Positions 37,480 through 48,800 of a stretch of 64,000 bases of DNA are shown in pieces. The notes below the pieces were generated by a model, which saw only the letters and a program-made list of their open reading frames with translations, was not told the DNA's origin and did not search any database. The stretch spans positions 103,004,451 to 103,068,450 of the forward strand of contig NC_068983.1 of NCBI RefSeq assembly GCF_001194135.2, written 5' to 3'. Source of the stretch: Octopus bimaculoides (lineage: Eukaryota). The translations under genes and the position numbers were made by a program. Position 1 is the first letter of the stretch. Each line of letters opens with the position of its first letter.

Positions 37480-37690
37480 AGTTTTCCTGGTTTCCATGGC
37501 ATATATATGCCCCACCTGGATGGGACACCAGTCCAGCACAGGATTACTCATTTTTGCCAGCTGAGTGGACTGGAGCAACATGAAATGAAGTGCTTTGCTC
37601 GAGAACACAACGCATCACCCAGTCCAGGAATCGGAACCACATTTTTATGATCATGAGTCCAACACTCTAACCACTAAGCCATGCACCTCT
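37480..37690 (-). mobile_element. tRNA-derived SINE (family D)
   Basis: Head on the minus strand: gcatggcttagtggttagagtgttggactcatgatc..gtggttccgattcctgg (A/B boxes), then gtgttctcgagcaaagcacttcatttc. Other copies at about 15590-15700(-), 19860-20000(+), 26815-26960(+), 35260-35560(-) and 40240-40480(+). Confidence 0.8.
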
Positions 37691-39475
37691 ACAGAGTTGA
37701 TCCAAGTAACTATATATTTCTCTTGCATAATTATGACCCCCTTGTGCCAGTGCAAGAAATCATCAATATTATTATTGGTGAGGTGGTGATGGTGATGATA
37801 ACAGTAATGAATGGTGAGAAGTATGTTGAGATTAAGTAGTAACATAGTGCTAAGAAGAAAAACTAAATAATCATAGAAATTTTCCTTTCAGTATCTGGAC
37901 TGCAGAAAAGAGATACTGACTAAATAAGGACATTTCTATTTATTATCTTGACTAATGATTATTAAGTACTATTCCTACAAGCATAAATGTAACAACATAT
38001 AAATTTTCTTATTTACATATATTTAGATGAAGTTACATCAATTTATTTGTATTCGAGATTTGAATATAAGAACATTTGTCCCTACAAATAAATTGGAAAT
38101 AAAGAGAGTATTTGCACAAAGTCTTTCTGTCTGCAATACTCATATCACTAGCAGATAGTTACATCAAATACTGCCAACATCTAAACCTCAAATATTAACA
38201 GTATCACTAATAGCAACTGAGTTATTGAGAGCATGCAAAAGCTGAAATGACAAATGAGAATGAATGTGTATGATCAATAAACTTATCAATTGAAAAATAT
38301 ATATATGTATATANNNNNNNNNNNNNNNNNNNNNNNNNNNNNNNNNNNNNNNNNNNNNNNNNNNNNNNNNNNNNNNNNNNNNNNNNNNNNNNNNNNNNNN
38401 NNNNNNNNNNNNNNNNNNNNNNNNNNNNNNNNNNNNNNNNNNNNNTATATATATAGATGTCTTAGGAGTTAGAGTCGGTCTACAAGCCTACAAAACTTTA
38501 AGTTGCATGAAGCTGAGCTGAACTGTTATGTAACTCCCTGTGTTGAGTGCTACTTTCTTTTGTTTGTCCACTCACCTTTGTATCTGTTTCTTACATCTAG
38601 ATATACTGGCACAATAGAAATGACTGTCATTAATGTACAGTGTAATCATCAAATAAAGATGTGATTTTCTCCACTCATGTTCATGTTGTTATATCTATGT
38701 ATCTATCTATCTATAGATATATAGATAGATAGATAGACAGATATAGATATATAATTGGGGTGAAGTTTTAAAATTCAGATATCCTTTCTAACGCTAGTCA
38801 TTCAACCATACAGAAGAAGTGGTTTTATTTTTAATCAGTAAACTGTGACATATAATCTATTATCCTTAGATTGTGATACAATGACTTAGATTAGGATCTG
38901 AAAATACTGTCTTCTGCTACAGCACCTTAACCTCACATACACTGTGCATTTTTACATATACATACATGCATACAATGCATGTATGTCTATTGAAGTGTAA
39001 TAATATCAATGTATGTAGAGCCTTATCATTCTTTCAGCTTTCATTATTACATTAAACAAGTGCCTCTGGAAGCTGCATGATGGTTAATTCATTACTCAAT
39101 TTTTCATGAGATGAAATTTGAAGGACAAATGAATACACATTACATTAGAAATATGAAGAAAATAAAACACATGAACAACATTGCCTAATAAGAAAAAAAA
39201 AAAGATGACAATGATAGTATGGAAAACTTAATGAAGCACAAAGGCATTATCTCAAAAGTAACTTCAGACAAATTATTTCTAATTACTAACGAGCGTTCAC
39301 AAAATACAGCTTTACCACCTCGATAAAATGAACAATTCTAGAAAGTAAAAAAAAAAAAAAATACATTTAGTAATATGTGTTTCAGTTCAGATAACAAATC
39401 ATGAAATAGTTTTTCTTCACTTATAATCTTTCTATAACTAATAAGTGAAGAGTATTAACAATGAAAATATGTTAC

Positions 39476-39640
39476 CTTTCTCAGCTGGTGGTGCTAATAG
39501 GCTATCATTAGCAGCAAGAAGAAACTTCAGCATAGTTTCCCACGTACTTCTTGTGAGTATAGTTGAGTCCAAAGCAACAGTTTCAATACTGCGCAACACT
39601 CGCTGACACTGTGCTGACTGGCGTTTAACATGGTCCACAC
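39476..39640 (-). CDS. RALGAPB: RALGAPB coding exon 3 (phase 1-1, 165 nt)
   Basis: (S)VDHVKRQSAQCQRVLRSIETVALDSTILTRSTWETMLKFLLAANDSLLAPPAEK, compared with human [42 protein letters not shown] (recalled). Acceptor ttaaag; donor G|gtaac. Confidence 0.92.
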
Positions 39641-41683
39641 CTTTAACGAGAGTTTGAAAAATATAAAAGCGTATAAAATAAAGCAAAGGAAAAAGTTGGA
39701 AACAAAATCATAATTCACTGAAATAAAAATTTAAAAAATACCAAATGTCATTGATCACTAATTCAGCTTAATTAATCAAGAACTTCCAATTTCTACCTTA
39801 AAACTAAAAACAATTTACTTTTGTCATACCCGTCTTTACGGTTGAAGCCTTGATTGATTACTATATTTGCAATAGGCACAGTTATGATTGTGTTGACACA
39901 GTGTCTACTTCGTAACCATGTGGTTTCAAGGTTTCAAGCTATATCCACAGCATGGCACGGAGTGCCAACAAAACAACAACAGTGCAAAACAGGAAGAAAC
40001 TATTGTATATTCATGATGTTGAGATATGGGCATTCTTTGTTTCATGGCTGCTCATAGTTTAAAATAGCAATTCAATAATGAGCATTTAAATGAAAAATTA
40101 ACTCTAGATAAATGAATCTTACCCTTCCTCAAGTGTTCATGATTCCTGTCTTGGAAGACTCCTATGAATCTCTTTGCCCTAGTATCAGACATACAATTAT
40201 GTATATTTACTTTACATAAAGATAAATTCATCTGTGTGAGGGCGAATGCTCTAGTGGTTAGGATGTTGCTCTCATGATCACAAGATTGTGATTTCAATTC
40301 CCAGATCAGGCAGTGCTTTATGATCACTTCAGCATCTGACATGTGACACACCATGCACCTGTACAGGCAATGGTCAACTTGATGGAGTGAATCAGCTAAT
40401 GTACAATACAAACGTTGGATCATTATAAATTAATCATCTGTGTAGGTTGTTCAGCAAGAAATTGAAGAACCCTCATCTGTCATCTACAATGTGACAGTCC
40501 ATCATATTCATGTGTTTGTATATAAAATACACACGCACACACATTTCTTAACATTGGTTTCAAATTTTGGCACAAGGCCAGTAAGTCTGGGGGAAGGGTT
40601 AAATCAATTGCATTCACCCCAATGCTCAACTGATACTTATTTTATTGACCCTGAAAAGATGAAAGGCAAAGTCAACCTTGGCAGAATTTGAACTCAGAAT
40701 GTAAAGACATACAAAATGCCGCAAAGCATTTTGCCCAGCATGCTAATGATTCTACCAGCTTGCCACTCTTCACATTTCTTAACTCTCAAAGTAAAAAATC
40801 ATTAGAGTCATTCTGGCCATTTGAAAATAAACAAAGGTTGTCAAGTTCATTTTTACTTTATTTTAATGAGCTGTCAAAATTTTCACTGCAAAAGTGCAAT
40901 GTGGTCTATGACCGAGGTCCACTGCAGCTGTTTGAAAGTTTGTTTATGGCCAGTATTTATAGGTCTCAGTTTTCCATTGTGTAGAACATAGGTTAAACAT
41001 TGAGACATGAAGAGTAGTTGTATTCATTGGTTGACTTTGAATTCATAACATCAATCAGTTAAGTCATTATTAGTCATTTTCAGTTATTAATTAATTTTTT
41101 ACTTACTTACAACACTATATATATATCATTGTTATCATTTCAATTTTTTGCCCTTTATTCCTATTCTTTTCTTCTTTCTCATCTTGGAAACTAGTTTTTA
41201 ATTTATTCCTACCATATTCACTATATATAAATAAAAGATTTATTAGAATAATTCTCTATTATGGTTTATATTTAAGATTAAATGTGTTTTAAATATGTTG
41301 TTACAAAGAAGGAGTGGGGAATAAAACATGGGCATATGTTAATCTGAAAATAATGTTAATAAATTTATATGTATCTATCAGATTCAATGTAGGTTTATCT
41401 ACATATCTGTATGATATAATGTTTGAACAGGTATCTGAATCAGTTTGCAAACAGGAATAGTCTCAACTGAAAGCCTGAATGGGGTAACAACAAAACACTA
41501 CACACAAGAAATGTATAATATATGGTCATAGTTCAAGTAAAAAGAATTTGGAGAAATGATTAAATTAAACCAATTGAAACTTTATCGTTATTAAACAGAT
41601 ACACCATATAATATTTTAGAACAGAAACTTGATTTTCGTTCCAATAATTTGATAAGAAGTAAGAGTGAATAAACAATACATAC

Positions 41684-41882
41684 TCGATCCAACTCTTGGT
41701 ACAAACAAGTTCAGCAGATGATGGATAATTTCTCGTGCATAGAGGTTGGGGTTTTCAATAACAGGTTTAGGTACACTTTCTAGCGGTGATGTCAGAGATG
41801 TCAACCAATCACAATAAATATTCACACAGTCACGAATGGCTTCATGCTCAGTCAATGGTAGGCTGAGGCCAAAGCAAAGCAC
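41684..41882 (-). CDS. RALGAPB: RALGAPB coding exon 2 (phase 0-1, 199 nt)
   Basis: VLCFGLSLPLTEHEAIRDCVNIYCDWLTSLTSPLESVPKPVIENPNLYAREIIHHLLNLFVPRVGS, compared with human VICYGLTLPL..CVDVYTDW..IPLPVIKEPNQY..HLQNLFVPR. Acceptor tcatttag; donor A|gtatgt. Confidence 0.95.
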
Positions 41883-41921
41883 CTAAATGAAATAATAATG
41901 ATAATGATGATGATGATGATG

Positions 41922-41967
<46 letters not shown>

Positions 41968-42347
41968 TAATAATAATATACCGAGTGCAAGTTAATAGCA
42001 ATAATGAAAATATGTTAGTTTTGATGAAATTATAAGCATACCATTTTGTAAAATATACATACAAAAGCAACTATTTGTAAATAAAGTAAATATATAACTT
42101 ACTTTAGACTGAAGTCAAGAATGGACAGTTTAATTTAAATATTTACTACCTTGAAAATATTCTATTACTTCAAATTAAATTATCAGCCACTAATCTATCA
42201 TTAGTCAATACTCAACATATTCACATCAATACAATAAAACAATAATCGATATTTCTACTTAAAACAATTCTGTGTGTCTGACAAGTGACAGACTTGTTAG
42301 GTTCTCAGTGATAAAATGTATTTGAAAACACACTATAAGTCAAAGTC

Positions 42348-42680
42348 GTTGTTGTTGGCACTCTGTCGCTTATGATGTCGAGGGTTCCAGTTGATCCGAT
42401 CAACAGAACAGCCTACTCGTGAAATTAACGTGCAAGTGGCTGAGCACTCCACAGACACGTGTACCCTTAATGTAGTTCTCGGGGATATTCAGCGTGACAC
42501 AGTGTGACAAGGCTGACCCTTTGAATTACAGGTACAACAGAAACAGGAAGTAAGAGTGAGAGAAAGTTGTGGTGAAAGAGTACAGCAGGGTTCGCCACCA
42601 TCCCCTGCCAGAGCCTCGTGGAGCTTTAGGTGTTTTCGCTCAATAAACACTCACAACGCCCNNNNNNNNNNCGCCTCCAC
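42348..42680 (-). mobile_element. Family F SINE with (CAA)n tail and 12-bp target-site duplication
   Basis: taagtcaaagtc flanks both ends (42336-42347 and 42681-42692). The tail gttgttgttggca is at the left end; the head is partly hidden by a 10-N gap. Confidence 0.85.
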
Positions 42681-42738
42681 TAAGTCAAAGTCAACAAAAT
42701 GATATTTAAAACTAGAGAGAAAAGGAAAATAATATTAC

Positions 42739-42933
42739 CTCTATTGTCCATTTTACATCCTTGTCTTCCTCAAGATCAACAGCGATTGTTGATGTTGAGC
42801 AGTTTTTTGCAAGATGTTTTACAACAGAACAAACTATTTCTTTCCCAGCAGCTGCTGGGAACTTCTGTAGGACACTTTGGTTGGCTTTGTTACATTGAAT
42901 CTCCCGTTGAAGCGGAGCCCACTCTGAATACAT
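42739..42933 (-). CDS. RALGAPB: RALGAPB first coding exon (195 nt coding, 22-nt 5'UTR portion to 42955)
   Basis: MYSEWAPLQREIQCNKANQSVLQKFPAAAGKEIVCSVVKHL..EEDKDVKWTIE, compared with human MYSEWRSL..SVLHSYPESVGREVANAVV..KTDKEVKWTMEV. Acceptor tctcctctag at 42956-42957; donor GAG|gtaata. Confidence 0.95.
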
Positions 42934-43139
42934 GATAGCCAACGATGAAGTAAATCTAGAGGAGAGAAAAAAAAACAAAAAAAAAAACAATTACAAGAAA
43001 TACTAAAGTGAAATAATCAAAACATAAACCGATGAACAAGTTGCAATGTAATTTTGATACACAGAGATCACTCAGCTTAGAATTTTATTTCAGTGGATCA
43101 AATTGCAATCTTTGATCTACTTTGCATTCATCCATTTTT

Positions 43140-43630
43140 TCTGCCCACTATTCCTGGGTGGGTTTGTGGGAGTAGTCCTCAGGTATCTCTTCCATAGGGT
43201 CCTATCAGAAGCAACCCTCATTACACTTTCCAGTTGGATTCTCAAGCATGACCAACTGAGACTATAGATACTATCCAACTGTCACATTCTTGGTCTACCT
43301 TTGAGTCTCCTACTGGTTGGCTCAGCTTGAAGGATCTGTCTTGCAATCCATTTTTGTGATATTTTAATCCCCTGTCCATAGCACAAGACCTCTCAATTCA
43401 AAAAAGTAGTTATTTAACCTGGAGAGACTCCTTGATCTCCACGCTAAGAACTCTGTTGAGCAAGTTACTCCAGAGATCTTCCAAGGAAGCCTCATTTTGG
43501 TCACTTGTATTCAAAAGCATGCTCTTCCAGTCACTATACAAAATAGAATTACTACCTATCATCCATACTATATACAATGATACAGCTAAAAATGTTAACT
43601 GATGTTTTCCAAGAATGTTGTACATCAATG
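43140..43630 (-). mobile_element. 3' fragment of an RTE-type LINE
   Basis: Translates NRVLSVEIKESLQV and WIARQILQAEPTSRRLKGRPRM*QLDSI..VASDRTLWKRYL, resembling the RTE C-terminal GRP..W.D and DR..W motifs. Confidence 0.65.
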
Positions 43631-44366
43631 CTATCTAGCACAAAGTACAGTAGTTGAGATAAAGACTAAGTATCTTGTGAAGAGACCAAGAGCAATGAGA
43701 CAGCTAAAGCCTTTGTAGTTATGCAAAAGAATTTAGAAGGGCATGGAAAATTATGGGCATTGCCCTCATACAGAAATTAACTACTTGAATTATCAATGTA
43801 ATGAGTTTAGGGATTGAACTGGAATGGTTATGCCCACAAACTGAATGTTGTAGTAAATACCATTAGAAACAGGGACCATCAAATATCTCTAAAATTCCTA
43901 TCACAAAAATAGAGACTATGAATGCAGAAAGAACATTAAATATCAAATATGACATGCTGAATATTATTCTTTTATTTGTTTATCATTTGACTGCGGCCAT
44001 GCTGGAGCACTGCCTTCAAGGGTTTTTAGTTGAACAAACTGAACCCAGAACTTATTCTTTAAGCCTAGCACTTATTCTGTCGGGGTCTTTTGCTGAACCG
44101 CTAGGTTAAAGGGACGTAAACACACTAACACCGGTTGTCAAGCAGTGATTGGGGAACAAACACAAAGATGCACACAAGATATGTACATATATAAATATAT
44201 ATAAAACAGACTTCCTTCAGTTTCCATTTACCAAATCCACTCACAAAGATTTGGTTGGCCTAAGGCTATAGTAGAAGACATTTGCCCAATGTGGGACTGA
44301 ACCTGGAGCTGTGTGGTTGGAAAACAAGCTTCTTACTACACAGTCATGCCTGTGCCTATACTTTAG

Positions 44367-44465
44367 AAATATTTAATTAGTCCAAATTTAATTAGTCCAA
44401 ATATTTAATTAGTCCAAATATTTAATTAGTCCAAATATTTAATATTTAATTAGTCCAAATATTTT
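44367..44465. repeat. 17-bp minisatellite (aaatatttaattagtcc), about 5 copies
   Basis: Head-to-tail units with small indels and no spacers. Confidence 0.9.
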
Positions 44466-45659
44466 GAGTTAAAATCACTTTTCAAAGTATTTAGAGAACA
44501 AGAGAGAGATATAAATTATATATCCATTCTTTTAGCATGTTGAGTTTTTCTGTGATATTCAAATTACCACGTGCATGCAGATGTAGAATTTGAGCTTGTG
44601 TATTATGTTTCAATGGGCTGGATGTGGTCCTGAAAAAGGAGCAAGATCTCCTGAAACATGCTTAGACACTACCAATTTTTCTATCTTCAATCACATTATT
44701 TACACAAATGTATTCATATACAAAATGTTGTAACTTTCAGTACTAGCCATAAATTCAATAGAAAATCTGTAGAGAGAACTTAACAGGTACTTTTAATACA
44801 CTTTAGCACACATTCAATTTTAGCTAGTCAATTACTAGCTTTGTTTTTTTTTTCTTTCTTTTTCTTATTGGATTCTTGTTTCTTGGGCTTGGGACCATAA
44901 CGACAACTGGTACAGACACTGAGTATCCACTGGCTTTTAGGAACTTTTTGGAATTGTGTAGTATGGATAGCCTGATCTATTTTGCTGCATTATTGCTACA
45001 TATGGGTAAGTTTGTTTTCTTATTTTTATGTTACCCTACCTTGACACTGAATGTAGGGTGATCTGGACAGGAAAGGCTAAATATGAAGCTGATCCACTCA
45101 GGGAATGTTCTTATGGAAGTGTTTATCAAACAGATACCTAATGACAAAAACCTCTGTGATGGTCAACAGCCCCACCCACAACACAGAAATGTGGCTGCAA
45201 ACATCAATATATGAGATCCAGAGCATCTTGTCCGCAGAATGTTTATATCAGTAACACAGTTTGGCTGTTGCATGTCTGAATCAAAGAACATTGCAACATA
45301 TACATATTAGAGTTTAAAAAAACCCTGAAAATGCAAGAAGATGAACAGGAACATTGCAATTACCATTAAAGCGATAAGCTGTAATATTGGTAAACTGCTG
45401 CCATTTTGATAATAATAAAAAAAATTAACATTTAGCAACCAGCTAGAGCTGAAGGAGTATCAACTGGTACTATAAAGACCATGCATCACAATACTTGCCC
45501 CATTTACTCCTTAAACACATCAGCCCATTCAGACACTGCTAATCCTCAAAACATAATCCACCTACCCTAAATTCTATACCACAATTCTAATATTCCACAC
45601 AAATTTGGCACATCAGTGGAATGGATATGTAATTTATATTTATTTTCCTTGTTCATTGA

Positions 45660-45879
45660 CCCTTTAGCATTTAAACTGGCCACATCCAGCCAAAATATTC
45701 TGTCTGATTTATGCTCAAACTGGCCAGATGCAGCTTCTCACACCTACCCTATATTGTCATTCTGAAAATAAACAATCACATCATCAAAATCTCAAAGCTA
45801 CGAGATAATGCATGATTAATTCAAAATAATATGACTAAATAATCAATACAGTTGACAGAGTAATCTGAATGCTAATGGG
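45660..45879. mobile_element. piggyBac-type MITE (about 220 bp)
   Basis: ttga|ccctttagcatt ... aatgctaatggg|ttaa: CCC..GGG TIRs with a TTAA target (left site mutated). Related copies at about 27671-27898, 21950-22300 and 35070-35210; a different TTAA-bounded degenerate element at about 29796-30019. Confidence 0.75.
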
Positions 45880-48800
45880 TTAAATCTTTGTAAAGCAGTT
45901 TTTAACTCTAGATTTCAGGCCTAATCAAATACTTCCAAGGAAAAATTCCAATATCATTGTTATTGATATTTTATGTTCTACCTGCATTGCCACTGTATCT
46001 TAATTTTTTAGAAGAAATATTAAATAAATTTTTGTAGTAAAGGAGAAAGAAAAAAACCTCACAATACGTTTTTCAATTTGCAGACAGATATTTGGTTTGT
46101 CACATTCTGTAATTTGGTGTCATTGAAACGTATATGTGGATGAATGGCTTCAGATAATAGTTCAAGTCATATAAAAAGTGCAATTAGCAAGATAATTTAC
46201 CATGCAGATGGATGTTCACTGGGGCTTTGTCCTCAGCCCTCTTTTCTTCATTATATATTTGAAGTGAATAAGCAGGTGTTCAGAACTGGCTGGATCTCGT
46301 CACAGAATCTATCAGAGAGCTACAGAAAAAGTTTGAAATGTGATAAAGTAGCCAAGAGATAAAAGGCTTAAAGGTCATTATGATTAAGACAAACTATTCA
46401 ATAACTATAAGACTCAAACCCCAGTTCCATTTAGTGTACACAGAATGTAGGCATGGCTAAAATACAAATTTAGTACTGTGTATTTGATGCCAGCAGTGAA
46501 TATAAGAAATAGAAAGTTAGATTTCAGAGAAGGGGAAGGGAGAGAGAGAGAGATTATAAGGTGTCCAGAACTTTAGACAGCCCAAATTTATAGAGTATTA
46601 TGTAATCATACAATATAAATCAGAGCTACTAAGTTTGTGACAAGTTGTAGATAAGTTCTGCTTAAGAGATGTATTGGAGAAAGAGTAGAATGTAAGAGAC
46701 ATGCATAAAATGTGAGATGCTATAAAAGGGTGACAGATGAGCCAGGAGTTCCACAGATCTACAGTGGTCAGAAAGAGATGAACAAAATATGGCCAATGAA
46801 TGCAATATTTTAATTTAAGAAAGACTGGACAGTCAAAAGAGCAGCTGGATAAGAAAGGTAAAGAACAATGTGATCAGGAGAGACAGTTATGCTTGTATGG
46901 ATATGTAAAGGAAATGAGGAGTACATGCTACAAGTTGGTAGCAAGAGTATCTACCTGTAGCAGAAGAAACTACTAGAAAAATTATGGGAGGAAATGTTAT
47001 GGTTAAGCTTTATGAAAGACAAGTTGTAGGATGAGAGACTGAAAGATAGAGAGATTTTATATTGTAGACTTGCTCACTCATTTGTTGGCTTAAAGTCTGT
47101 TTTCCCCAGCTTAGTCCAACTCATCTGAAGCAGGATTTTATGGCTGAATGTGCTTCCTGTTGACCCATCCTTACCTGTTCTTCAAGCAAATGATTCTTTT
47201 TTTTTATTCCACAGTTCCTCAAAATCATCAAACAACTATATATTATCAACAAGGGAAGTAATCATGTCACTGCTTTACTCAGCCAGTCACAAACAAAGCT
47301 GTGAAATGTAAATATTCATACACAAACACACACACACACATATTGTAGGTTTCCATACAGTTTCTGTTTCCCAAATTTATTCACAAGATATTGGTCAGCC
47401 TGGGGCTATAACAGAAGACATTTGTCCATGATGCTGTGCAGTGGAACTGAATCTGGAACCAGTTTTTTGCAAAGTAAACATCTTAAGTACACAACCATAC
47501 CTGCTCCTATATAGACATTTGTCCAATGGTTGTGAAGCAAACTTCTGAACCACACAACAATGCCTATGATGATGAAGATGATTTTTGTCTAATACAAGAC
47601 CCATTTTTGTAAAAGGGAGATGACTGCTAATTATTTATGTCCTATAGTCTACTTAATTATCAATAAACCTTGGTGGGATTTGAACACTGAAAAGCAAAGC
47701 ATAAAACTAGTCATTTACTGTTTATGTCAATGCATCCACTTTATATTAAAAGAAAAAAAAATACTGACTGAAGTAAAACTTTGAGCATTATCTATCTGAA
47801 TCAGATAAAAACAGATCTAGTTTGAGCAAATTGGTATTAGTATGATAATGCAATCCAACTCCCATCTTTATTACTAAGTTCTCTCTTAAATTTGGTACAA
47901 CTTGGCAAATTATGTTTCAATTCTATAATTTTTTTTTTCCTTTGACAATATTCAAACAGAGAATTGTATGTAAATTAATTCCTTGCTGACTATTTAACTG
48001 GTTTTAAGATAAACCAATACACTAATCTAAAACTTTGGTAGATCTAGTTAAATGCATTCCTAAGACTCAAGTTTACAATCCAAGACTTTATAGTGTTGAC
48101 TCTTTGATCAAAACTAATTGGTTCATTTTCAATTTTTGTTTTTAAGATAAAATCTCAAAAGAGCAAAGTGACCAGAATCAACACACTTTCCAATTCTCAA
48201 AGATTTATTACAAGAAGAAAACAGTTGTAAACAAGTGTAAATGAAGATGAAACCTTCATAAAACCACTAATTTAATTGTTATGCTAATATCAATTTTTAC
48301 TTTTTTTTATTTTTGTGCTAGCAAGTGAAAAATCATGTGAAAATCATGAGGGGAAAACAATGTGATGGGAAGTGGATGAAAAATACAGGAACGAGTTAAG
48401 AAAAATGACACAAGGTCAGTATGTTTGGCAAATATTCATTGAATCCCTATGCATCCTATGACTGCAAAAGGATAAGAAGTGCAAAACAGCAGCCTGACTA
48501 TTCAGTTGAATAAAACTTTTTGAATATCCATGCTCATGTGCAACTATGAATGTATTTGGATAAATTCTGTACAACATGATAATGGCATTGATGGATAGTA
48601 TCAATGAACATCCACTCAATGACCCAGATGTAACAGAAGCTTGGCTGCTACATTTTGCTTCCAGGCAAAATTGGAAGATCTGGATACCAATGACAAAAAG
48701 CAACTCATTTTTATCTAAGACAGAAATGATGGTCATACAAAAAGTTTTGGTGAAACTCTGGGACTTGACAATGAATTTTAGCAGTACAAGATCTGAGATA

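Noticed and set aside
40123-40178. Possible 56-nt exon with GTAAGA donor in intron 2
   Set aside because: Not 3n, poor acceptor, and no similarity to RALGAPB; exons 2 and 3 already join in frame.
44367-44465. CRISPR-like short repeats
   Set aside because: No spacers, no cas genes, and eukaryotic context; it is a simple minisatellite.
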